Below are positions 1 through 8,433 of a stretch of DNA of 41,240 nucleotides, one piece after another; the first letter of the stretch is position 1, and every line of letters starts with the position of its first letter. The position numbers and the translations under genes are program-made. This DNA comes from Limisphaerales bacterium (GTDB taxonomy: Bacteria > Verrucomicrobiota > Verrucomicrobiia > Limisphaerales > CANJXF01), in the NCBI GenBank assembly GCA_046595315.1, contig JBKJOZ010000133.1, positions 1-41,240 on the forward strand, in the 5' to 3' direction. The notes under the pieces were generated by a model, which was not told the DNA's origin, searched no databases, and worked only from the letters and a program-made list of their open reading frames with translations.

Positions 1-4
1 CGAC

Positions 5-949
5 ATGGATGTTTTGCCGTGGGTGAGCGATGTCTATAAGCGCGATCTGACCATCGAAAAATATTCCATTGGTTACCTCAAAGATCCCTATCTCTCGCTC
101 TACACCGGTCGCGGTTGCCCGGCGCAATGCAGTTTTTGCCTCTGGCCACAGACGATTGGCGGACACAAATATCGCGTTCGTTCGGCAGAAAATGTCGCGG
201 CGGAGATGGCTCATGCGAAAAAACTTTTCCCGCAAGTGGAAGAATTTTTCTTCGACGACGATACCTTCACCGCGAATTTGCCGCGCGCTCGCGAAATTGC
301 GCAAAAACTCAAACCGCTTGGCTTGACCTGGAGTTGCAACAGTCGCGCGAACGTCAATTACGAAACGATCAAGCTCATGAAAGATTGCGGCTTGCGCTTG
401 TTCCTCGTCGGTTACGAATCAGGAAACCAAGGCATTCTCGATCGCATCAAAAAGGGAATTAACATCGAGGAAGCCAAGCAGTTCACCAAAGCGTGCAAAG
501 ATTTGGGCGTGATTATTCACGGCACCTTCATTCTTGGTTTGCCAGTTGAAACCAAAGAAACCATTGAGCAGACCGTTCGTTACGCGATGGATCTCGACGT
601 GTTCAGCATTCAAGTTTCTCTAGCCGCGCCTTATCCCGGCACCGAGCTTTACGAAATGGCGCGTCAGAACGGTTGGTTCGCCAAGAAAGATAAAAGCGAC
701 ATCGTCCATGACGATGGCTTCCAACAAAGCGCGCTGGAATATCCCGGCCTGAGCAAAGAAGAAATTTTTGAATCCGTCGAAAAATTCTATCGCCGCTACT
801 ACCTGCGTCCGAAACCCATTCTGCGCATCGTGAAAACGATGCTGGAAGACAAAGACGTTTGCGTTCGCCGTCTGCGTGAAGGCTACGAATTTTTCAAATC
901 GATGGCGCAACGTCGCACTGATTTAGCTTCGGCAAAAGCTGCGGCGTAA
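5..949 (+). CDS. hpnJ: Hopanoid biosynthesis-associated radical SAM protein HpnJ (5' part lies outside the window)
   Basis: Motif YLKDPYLSLYTGRGCPAQCSFCLWPQTIGGHKYRVRS (CxxxCxxC), FFFDDDTF, WSCN, VGYESG, IQVSLAAPYPGT, all typical of HpnJ. The frame is open back to the window edge. Confidence 0.85.
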   Translation: MDVLPWVSDVYKRDLTIEKYSIGYLKDPYLSLYTGRGCPAQCSFCLWPQTIGGHKYRVRSAENVAAEMAHAKKLFPQVEEFFFDDDTFTANLPRAREIAQKLKPLGLTWSCNSRANVNYETIKLMKDCGLRLFLVGYESGNQGILDRIKKGINIEEAKQFTKACKDLGVIIHGTFILGLPVETKETIEQTVRYAMDLDVFSIQVSLAAPYPGTELYEMARQNGWFAKKDKSDIVHDDGFQQSALEYPGLSKEEIFESVEKFYRRYYLRPKPILRIVKTMLEDKDVCVRRLREGYEFFKSMAQRRTDLASAKAAA

Positions 950-1018
950 TTTCAGAAGGGGTTTCTGGTCGCTCTTAACGAAAATTTTCAAACTGCGACC
1001 GACTTTTCACGACCAGTC

Positions 1019-2116
1019 GTGAAGCCGAAGAAAAGTGTCTTGAAACTTTTCGGCGAAGTTCTCGAACACGGCGGACCTGGTTATCTTCAGTTCGCCATCA
1101 CCAATCTTTGCAATGCGAGATGCGACTTCTGTGGATTCGCGGTTGATAAATTTGATCCAAAACAACGTCGCAGCGTCACGCTCAAGGAAGCTAAAGATGT
1201 CATCGACATCTCGGTAAAAAATCACATCGGCTACATGCTGTTCGTCGGCGGCGAACCGCTCGTGCACAAAGACCTTCGCGCGATGGTTCGTTACGCCACC
1301 GAGGCCGGCATCAAGGCGATGATTTGCACCAACGGTTCGCTTTGGACCGAGCAAAACATGCGCGATTTGGCCAGCGACGGCACAAGCAGCGTTATCATGT
1401 CGATTGATTCGCACGACGTCGCGAAGCATGAGAAAAATCGCGGGCTGCCCGATGTTTGTAAAAAAATCAAACGCGCCAACGAAGTTTTCAAGGAACTCGG
1501 AATTCAAACCACCGCCAGCGTCACGGCGAGCAAGCTTATTGACGATTACGAAAAGCTTCCTGACTTTCTAAAAACCCTCGGTTTCGCCAGTTGCACTTTC
1601 AGTTATCCGCTCACGTCGCTGGCTTCGAGCTATTTGAGTTTCAGCGATTCCGCGCTGGTGAATTACAAAACCGACGAACTCATTCAAGTCTTTGAAAAAA
1701 TCAAGGAAATGAAACGCCACAGCGGTTATCCCGTCGTCAATCCGACTGAATCGCTTTCTGAAATGCAGCGGCACTTGCGCAAAGAACCGGAGAAATTCGG
1801 CTGCCTCGGCGGCCACAAATATTTTTATCTCGATTGGAATTTGAATCTCTACCGCTGCCACGCGTGGGAATCGCCCATGTGCAACATCTACGACTTCGAC
1901 CAGACGCGCATCATTCGCGACGGCTGCACCAAGTGCATGATTGATTGCTACCGCGACCCGAGCGTCCTCCAGTTCGTGGCCATCAGCGCGAGTGATGCCT
2001 ACAATAATTTGAAAAAGGGCAAAATTTTTTCTGCCGCGAAAAATATTTTCGATCGCCGCAACCTCACCTCGATCAAAGCCGTTTGGGACGATCGGAAGTG
2101 GATTGGCAAAGTTTAG
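1019..2116 (+). CDS. Radical SAM protein with a C-terminal SPASM/twitch-like Cys cluster
   Basis: ITNLCNARCDFC, GGEPL, TNGSL, SIDS motifs; C-terminal CLGG...YRCH...GCTKCMIDC. GTG start. Confidence 0.85.
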   Translation: MKPKKSVLKLFGEVLEHGGPGYLQFAITNLCNARCDFCGFAVDKFDPKQRRSVTLKEAKDVIDISVKNHIGYMLFVGGEPLVHKDLRAMVRYATEAGIKAMICTNGSLWTEQNMRDLASDGTSSVIMSIDSHDVAKHEKNRGLPDVCKKIKRANEVFKELGIQTTASVTASKLIDDYEKLPDFLKTLGFASCTFSYPLTSLASSYLSFSDSALVNYKTDELIQVFEKIKEMKRHSGYPVVNPTESLSEMQRHLRKEPEKFGCLGGHKYFYLDWNLNLYRCHAWESPMCNIYDFDQTRIIRDGCTKCMIDCYRDPSVLQFVAISASDAYNNLKKGKIFSAAKNIFDRRNLTSIKAVWDDRKWIGKV

Positions 2117-2249
2117 TATCTCCCGGGAACAGTGGCTCGTACTCCGCTAAATAAAAAATGGGTTGAAGTTTTTTGGAATTCTCCTACAACCACCCAATCC
2201 CCCACAGATTGTTGGACGACGAACCAAATCCCAAAACCCAAATCAAAAT

Positions 2250-3584
2250 ATGATAACTAAAAAACAGAAACCTTTTTGGAAGCGTAGTGCGAATTTATAT
2301 GCGACACTGGCGAGCATTGGCTTGGCAATTGCCTCGGGAGACGCCTTTGCCAGCACGGATTATGGTCCGGCCATTTGGAATCAGGCCTACTCGGGCCATT
2401 GGTACACTTCCGGCAATGGGCATAAGTTCCACGTCATTCACGATATGGAAGGGTATTATCTTTCGACGATTTCCTATTTCAAACAATCCGGCACTTCGGC
2501 CAGCGTTCATTATTGCGTCAATGGCTTGAAAGATTCCTCCTCAGACAGTCCGGCGGGCGAAATTACCCAGATGGTTAGAGAGTCGTATTATGCCTGGCAC
2601 GTGCTTTGTTGGAATACCCACTGCACCGGAACGGAACACGAAGGTTTTGCGAGTAACCCGGCATGGTTCACCGAAGCCATGTATCAGGCTTCTGCGGGAA
2701 TTTCCCGGCACCTGGCCGAAAAATTTGGCTACGGAAAAGATCGAAATCATATCGTGGGCCACAATGCGAAAAGTGTTTCTGGTTGGCCGACGTGGGCATC
2801 AAATAATCTTGGCGTTGATCCCTATTGCAACACTCATACCGATCCCGGCTCGTATTGGGATTGGAGCCATTACATGTCGCTCGTAAAAAACGCCGGGGCT
2901 GGAGCGGTCAAACCCGCCGTCTTCCGCGCCCCCAGCAATTGGCTAACCCGCAGTACTTTAGACGGCGGTCCAGCAGATGATGACTTCAATTACGGCATTG
3001 GTGGCGATATCCCGATCATGGGCGATTGGGATGGCAACGGCACAATCACCTGTGGAGTGGTTCGCAACGAGAGCGGAAATTTGTTCTGGTATTTGAATAA
3101 TTCGATCTCCGGCGGCGCGGCGGACATTGTTTTCTCTTACGGAAATGCGGGCGACGTGCCCGTGGCCGGTGATTGGGACGGCAATGGCACTTGGACTCCG
3201 GGCGTTGTTCGAGGCGTGAATTGGCTCTTGCGCAATTCCAACTCTGGCGGCGCATCGAGCATTTCCTTTAACTATGGAATTACTGGCGACAAATTCATCG
3301 TGGGCGATTGGGATGGCAACGGCACCTTCACCCCGGGAGTCGTTCGAGGCAGCAGTGGGTGGTACTTGAGCAATTCCAACACCAGCGGCGCGGCGGATAT
3401 TTCGTTCGCCTATGGAACCACCGGCGATATTCCCATCGTCGGTGACTGGAATGGAAACGGCACTTGGACCTGCGGCGTGGTGCGCGGAAACACCTGGCTG
3501 CTCAACAATTCCAACACCGGAGGCACAGCAGATATTTCCTTCGGATATGGCACAGGCGGCGACATCTTTTTGGTTTGGAGATAA
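2250..3584 (+). CDS. Secreted N-acetylmuramoyl-L-alanine amidase (Amidase_2 type) with C-terminal GDWDGNG (FG-GAP/VCBS-like) repeat domain
   Basis: Signal peptide ending AFA-S; Zn-amidase motifs VIHDMEG, SVHY, AWH, GTEHEG, IVGH, HTDPG; four GDW(D/N)GNGT.T.GVVR repeats. ATG at 2250 preferred over TTG at 2163. Confidence 0.85.
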   Translation: MITKKQKPFWKRSANLYATLASIGLAIASGDAFASTDYGPAIWNQAYSGHWYTSGNGHKFHVIHDMEGYYLSTISYFKQSGTSASVHYCVNGLKDSSSDSPAGEITQMVRESYYAWHVLCWNTHCTGTEHEGFASNPAWFTEAMYQASAGISRHLAEKFGYGKDRNHIVGHNAKSVSGWPTWASNNLGVDPYCNTHTDPGSYWDWSHYMSLVKNAGAGAVKPAVFRAPSNWLTRSTLDGGPADDDFNYGIGGDIPIMGDWDGNGTITCGVVRNESGNLFWYLNNSISGGAADIVFSYGNAGDVPVAGDWDGNGTWTPGVVRGVNWLLRNSNSGGASSISFNYGITGDKFIVGDWDGNGTFTPGVVRGSSGWYLSNSNTSGAADISFAYGTTGDIPIVGDWNGNGTWTCGVVRGNTWLLNNSNTGGTADISFGYGTGGDIFLVWR

Positions 3585-3846
3585 TTGAAAAAAATTGAAA
3601 TTAACACAACGCTCGTTGGCAACAACGAGCGTTTCGCTTTTATAAAGTTTGGAGCGGAGTTGGTGAGACTACAGCCTGCGCTAAAATCAAATTACGAAAA
3701 CTGGTTGGAGAATATTTCACTGACTCCCGCTCCTCAAAGCGTCCGCAGCGTCGCGCGGAAGTTTGCCCCATCAAAATTTTCCCGCTTTCTCATTGACCAT
3801 TACTCCCATTCTGTGCGCGAATATAAGACCTTTAATGGGGTAATGC

Positions 3847-6800
3847 ATGGCGAAGACGACACGTAAAAGTAGTTCAACAACCCGGTCGGGAAACACCACA
3901 AAGTATGATGCGCACCACACGGTGCTCTCCAAAACTTATGGCGCGCTGGCGGATCTGCGCCGGGAACTTTCAGATTCAAAAGCGGCGGTAGCTGAACGCA
4001 CCGAACTCCTTCGCATTTTCGCCGATTGCAGCGATTCGCAACGCGCCTGGCTGTTGCTCGAAGATTATTTCGAAAAACTTTCACTCTCGCGCAAAGATTT
4101 TGCCGGTCAGGATTGGTGGCCTCGGCTGATGTCGGTCCAAGGCAAAAAACGCCTCGAAGAAACCGCCATTCTTTTCCTGCGCTCGAATCGCCCGCTGCCC
4201 ACCGAACTGACTTCCCACGCCAATTTGGATAGTTTTGCCGAGATCGAACAATGTGAAAAAGAACAAGAGTTAGTCAAACAACTGGAGCATTGGCTCTTTC
4301 CGCCCGCGCCAGTGCATCTGGATGCGCCACGCGCGACGTTACGTGTTTTATGCGAACCCCTTCCCGCCGAAGAAGAATCCGCACTCTTCGCGCTTTCTGT
4401 AAAATTCCACTTGTTCCGACCACGCACCGGCGAAAAATCCAAAACGCTTTCGGAAATTATCGAGCTCACCACCCGCTCGGCACACGAGCAGGAACTTTTT
4501 TCTCCGGCGGATTGGGAATTCATACAATGGCTGGCCGAAACACATCCCGATCCCGAGGGACTTTGGGATAACCTCACCTTGACTGGCTTGGAACTGCTAC
4601 AATGGCTGGTGCGCTGGGGCGACAACGAGCGGTTGCAATTTGTCCACAGCCCAAGTTTGGTAAAATTTCATGGCCATCTTGCCGATCTCAAACCGAACCT
4701 CGAACAGATTGAAAACGAACTTTCCTTTACCCACAATTTGCTACTGCCGAATGGCGAACAACATTCGTTAGATGGCGTGCAGTTTTTTGCCGGGCGCCCT
4801 TCCCTCGTGTTAATCGCCAACACTTTTTATCTTTTGCGCAATGGCCCGCCGACAGATTTGCTCGATTCCTGGGCGAAAAAGAAATCATTGCCCGTTAAAA
4901 AACTTAGCCACCGTTTGCTCACGAAACTCCGCAAAACCCAGCCGACCCAAGGTGTCGACTGGGAACAACTTTGCGTCGCTCACACCGCGAAACCTCAATT
5001 TACTTTCGAACTCAACGATGCAACGGTGCGCCTTCGGTTGCAGGCGCGCAGCGAACGCGACCAAACGCTTTGGCATTGGACTGGACACGAGTGGCAATTG
5101 ATTGATCCAAAAATTAGCCTGGATCAAAAGCCGGAGATTTTAGACGACCCACGCCTCGATCCCCCGACGCAATGGTTGCGTCGTTTGGATTGGTTTATTT
5201 CCGAGCCGGGAGTCTGGATCAGCGATGCCAACGAAAATTTTCTCAACTCGCTCGCAACCGTCTGGGGAACCCGCCCCGCCGAAGCGGATTATTTAGGAAA
5301 CCCCGCTTTTCATCGCTTGTTTTTGCAACCGCGACAAGCGCGTCCGCACCTCATCGTCAAAGGCAGCGGCATCGATTGGTTGTCCGTTTCCACCGAATGG
5401 GAAATCGAAGGTTTGAAACTGACGGCGGCAGATTTGCAACGTTTACAAACGGCCACCGGACGCTTCGTCAATTTGCCGGACGCAGGTTGGCTGGAACTCG
5501 ATTCCGGCGCAGTGCAATCCGCCCATGAAGCCTTCGCCGATTTGGGTCTGGATGGCCTGAGCGCCATCCCGCAAAAACTGGGCATGGAACAAGTCGCGCA
5601 TCTGGACGAAAACGGTCTGAAACGTTTCGTTGATTCGCCGGAAGTCCGCGAGCTTCGTAAAAAAATTGCGGAGTTCACCGGAATTGTTTCTACACCTCTG
5701 CCGGAAAAATTGACCGCTGAATTGCGTCCCTATCAAAAAGAAGGGTTTGATTTTCTTTGTCACCTCACGCGCCACAAGCTCGGAGGTATCTTGGCCGACG
5801 ACATGGGTTTGGGCAAAACTTTGCAAACACTCACGTGGCTTTCCTGGCTACAAGCGCAACATCCAAAAAATCCAAAACCCGCGCTCGTGATTTGTCCCGC
5901 GTCCGTCTTGCACAATTGGCGGCGCGAAGCGGAAAAATTCACCCCGCACTTGAAAGTTCTTGTGCTCGAAAGTGGTTCCGCGCGACACAATTTACGGCAG
6001 AAAATTCCACAACACGACATTATCGTCACCAACTACGCGCTGCTGCGACGCGACCTTGAAGCGCTTCAGAAATTTTCGTTTCGCGCGGCCGTGCTCGACG
6101 AAGCTCAGTTCATCAAAAATCCAGATGCGCAAATCACACAGTCGGTCAAACAATTGGGAGCGGAACAAAGATTGGCGCTGACGGGAACGCCGCTCGAAAA
6201 CCGCCTGCTCGATCTTTGGAGCATCACCGATTTTATTCAGCCTGGATTTTTAGGAACAAAGGAACATTTTTCCGAAAAATACGAACCACGCGTCAGCATA
6301 GACCGCGGAGCACGGAACGCGGAAGGTGCCGAAGCCGCCGTTCCAAGTTCCGAACTGGAAGCGCGCATCGCTCGACGCCGACTCTCCTCGAAACTACGCC
6401 CACTCATGTTGCGTCGTCTCAAAAAACAGGTCGCTCGCGATTTGCCCGACCGCATCGAGGAACGCCGCGATTGCGATTTGGGCGAAGCACAACGCAAACT
6501 TTATTTGGCGGAATTGCGGCGCAGTCGCGATCAAGTCATGAACACCGTGGCCGAAAAAGGTTTGGGCAAAAGCACGATTCACGTCTTGGCAGCGCTCACA
6601 CGTTTGCGTCAGATTTGCTGCCACCCGCAACTGGTGGGCAACGACGCCGCGTCCGGCAAAACCGAAACGTTGTTTGAATTATTAGAGCCGCTCCTCGCCG
6701 ATAACCAAAAAGTTTTGGTCTTCAGCCAATTCGTCCAGATGTTGCGACTATTGGAAAAAGAATGTCAGCAACGCAACATTTCCACCCACATTTTGACGGG

Positions 6801-7161
6801 CGAAACCAAGGATCGCCAAGCCGTCGTCAACGCCTTTCAAGACGACCCAAAAGGCTCGCTCTTTTTGCTCAGCCTGCGCGCCGCTGGAACGGGCCTGAAC
6901 CTCACAACTGCCAGTTACGTGGTGCTTTATGATCCCTGGTGGAATCCAGCGGTCGAAGCACAAGCGATCGATCGTTCCCATCGCATCGGACAAACTCGCA
7001 CCGTCAACGCCTATCGCTTGATCGCACCGGGAACCGTCGAAGAAAAAATCTGGGATTTGCAGCAACGCAAAGCGCAAACCATTGCGGATGTTTTGGGTGA
7101 AGAAGGCTTCGCGCGCAACCTGTCCCAAATCGATCTAGAATATCTTTTCTCCGAGGACTGA
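3847..7161 (+). CDS. SNF2-family (DEAD/DEAH-like) helicase/ATPase with a long N-terminal extension
   Basis: LRPYQ, ILADDMGLGKT (Walker A), LDEAQ (Walker B), LTGTPLEN, LVFSQF, GTGLNL, DPWWNP, QAIDRSHRIGQ. Confidence 0.93.
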   Translation: MAKTTRKSSSTTRSGNTTKYDAHHTVLSKTYGALADLRRELSDSKAAVAERTELLRIFADCSDSQRAWLLLEDYFEKLSLSRKDFAGQDWWPRLMSVQGKKRLEETAILFLRSNRPLPTELTSHANLDSFAEIEQCEKEQELVKQLEHWLFPPAPVHLDAPRATLRVLCEPLPAEEESALFALSVKFHLFRPRTGEKSKTLSEIIELTTRSAHEQELFSPADWEFIQWLAETHPDPEGLWDNLTLTGLELLQWLVRWGDNERLQFVHSPSLVKFHGHLADLKPNLEQIENELSFTHNLLLPNGEQHSLDGVQFFAGRPSLVLIANTFYLLRNGPPTDLLDSWAKKKSLPVKKLSHRLLTKLRKTQPTQGVDWEQLCVAHTAKPQFTFELNDATVRLRLQARSERDQTLWHWTGHEWQLIDPKISLDQKPEILDDPRLDPPTQWLRRLDWFISEPGVWISDANENFLNSLATVWGTRPAEADYLGNPAFHRLFLQPRQARPHLIVKGSGIDWLSVSTEWEIEGLKLTAADLQRLQTATGRFVNLPDAGWLELDSGAVQSAHEAFADLGLDGLSAIPQKLGMEQVAHLDENGLKRFVDSPEVRELRKKIAEFTGIVSTPLPEKLTAELRPYQKEGFDFLCHLTRHKLGGILADDMGLGKTLQTLTWLSWLQAQHPKNPKPALVICPASVLHNWRREAEKFTPHLKVLVLESGSARHNLRQKIPQHDIIVTNYALLRRDLEALQKFSFRAAVLDEAQFIKNPDAQITQSVKQLGAEQRLALTGTPLENRLLDLWSITDFIQPGFLGTKEHFSEKYEPRVSIDRGARNAEGAEAAVPSSELEARIARRRLSSKLRPLMLRRLKKQVARDLPDRIEERRDCDLGEAQRKLYLAELRRSRDQVMNTVAEKGLGKSTIHVLAALTRLRQICCHPQLVGNDAASGKTETLFELLEPLLADNQKVLVFSQFVQMLRLLEKECQQRNISTHILTGETKDRQAVVNAFQDDPKGSLFLLSLRAAGTGLNLTTASYVVLYDPWWNPAVEAQAIDRSHRIGQTRTVNAYRLIAPGTVEEKIWDLQQRKAQTIADVLGEEGFARNLSQIDLEYLFSED

Positions 7162-7164
7162 AAC

Positions 7165-7317
7165 TTGGCGGGCGGTGGGCGAAATCGATGGCCACGGATC
7201 GCATGGGCCGGGTTCCCGCATCTTTCTAATGCGGGGCTGGAAAACACAACCTCGGGCTCAACGCGCACGGCGCCGTGCTGGTGATTTCGCGAGATGGTTA
7301 GCGAGTAATTTGCCAGC
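7165..7317. ncRNA. Candidate structured ncRNA (long imperfect hairpin, possibly 6S-like)
   Basis: Nested inverted repeats in an intergenic region: GCGAAATC/GATTTCGC (7179/7290), CACGG/CCGTG, GGGCC-GGGTT/AACCT-GGCTC, CCCGCAT/ATGCGGG. Family not confirmed. Confidence 0.35.
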
Positions 7318-7450
7318 AGGGTTTCACCTATCATTCTTGTCGGTAAAGCCTGATTGACAGGCGACGCTAATAGGTTTTCGATGGCAGCGACACCACCCGA
7401 AAATTCAGAGGACGGCTGTGTCTAAACGTCAAATCCCAAACCTAAAATAT

Positions 7451-8371
7451 ATGAATCAAAATCCACTCCATCACCTTCGCGTCAGTTGTCTCTTGCTCGC
7501 GATCTGCTCCATTCCCTCAATTGTCTTCGGTGTCGCCGACCGGCGATTCGAGGTAGCGACATTCTGCTGCCCCTGCTCGCCTGATGATCATTTTTGTCAG
7601 GCCCAATTTGACGCCCTCAATTGGAAAACCAACTCGAGCCGTCCCAATGGTCATTTTCTTTCGATGGGTTCAGACGCCCACCGTGCCGAAGTGAATGCTA
7701 ACGGCAACTTTCTTTGCGTTTATTACAATACGATGAACGACAACTGGACAACGATGACCGGCGCGCAAAAGGCGGCGGATATCGAAAATAATTATGTCAT
7801 TCCGCTTTTCACTACCAGTGGGGTAAAGCCAACCTGGATTTTTCTGAATGAAATTTCTGCAGGCACATGGCCAGTGAACCAAGCTTATCGAACATGGGTC
7901 GGCGATTTGTGCGCTGCATTGAAAAACACCTACGCACATACAGTGATTGTTGCTTCGCCTTTTGATAATCCGGGCGCAAATGATGCCGACTGGCAACGGG
8001 TTTCCAGTTACGCCTACATCGGAATTGAAAATTATTTAAGCGGGCAGGAAATCAACGCGAACGGCAATTCGATCAGCTGGTGCCAGACGCAATATCAGAA
8101 TTCTAAAAACAGCTACGCGGCGCGTGGTGTTTCCACAACAAAGATGTATCTCGTCGAGCATTTCGGGCAAACTGTGTCTAACACCGGTTGGGGACGTTCA
8201 GGGGCTTCTTATGCAGGATGGGATAATGCCATCAACGCCCGCAGCACTGCCGCTAAGAATTGCGCTTTCGCGGGATTCATCAGCTACGCTTGGGCCAAGA
8301 ATGCGATGCTCGCTTCAGACACGGATCTGATTCATTTCGAAAACACATACACGGCCAAAACTCTGCCGTAA
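7451..8371 (+). CDS. Secreted hypothetical protein, possibly a glycoside-hydrolase-like TIM barrel
   Basis: Long ORF with a signal-peptide-like N-terminus; CCPC motif; WIFLNEIS and YLVEHFG segments resemble paired catalytic glutamates; rich in Trp/Tyr/Asn. Alternative GTG start at 7418. Confidence 0.7.
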   Translation: MNQNPLHHLRVSCLLLAICSIPSIVFGVADRRFEVATFCCPCSPDDHFCQAQFDALNWKTNSSRPNGHFLSMGSDAHRAEVNANGNFLCVYYNTMNDNWTTMTGAQKAADIENNYVIPLFTTSGVKPTWIFLNEISAGTWPVNQAYRTWVGDLCAALKNTYAHTVIVASPFDNPGANDADWQRVSSYAYIGIENYLSGQEINANGNSISWCQTQYQNSKNSYAARGVSTTKMYLVEHFGQTVSNTGWGRSGASYAGWDNAINARSTAAKNCAFAGFISYAWAKNAMLASDTDLIHFENTYTAKTLP

Positions 8372-8386
8372 GATCTTCGCATCTTG

Positions 8387-8428
8387 AAAGGGCGGTTTCG
8401 ACGGATCAATCTGTTGAAGCCGCCTTTT
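8387..8428 (+). terminator. Intrinsic terminator-like hairpin
   Basis: AAAGGGCGGTTTCGACGGA-TCAA-TCTGTTGAAGCCGCCTTTT; long stem with G-U pairs on the + strand, downstream of the 7451-8371 stop. Confidence 0.65.
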
Positions 8429-8433
8429 AATTA

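Noticed and set aside
953-1000. Short inverted repeats between hpnJ and the next radical SAM gene
   Set aside because: Stems are only 5-6 bp with no convincing U-tract or riboswitch motif.
2985-3580. Regularly spaced nucleotide repeats resembling a CRISPR array
   Set aside because: They are degenerate, in-frame codings of the amidase's protein repeats; no identical repeat-spacer structure and no cas genes.
3585-3866. 93-aa ORF between the amidase and SNF2 genes
   Set aside because: TTG start, no motif, overlaps the SNF2 start and its probable promoter region; cannot be supported.
7165-7200. Minus-strand ...CCACCGCCCGCCA end resembling a tRNA, tmRNA or attachment-site remnant
   Set aside because: No canonical T-loop (GTTCGA) or cloverleaf, and no match to the tRNA-Gln 3' end.
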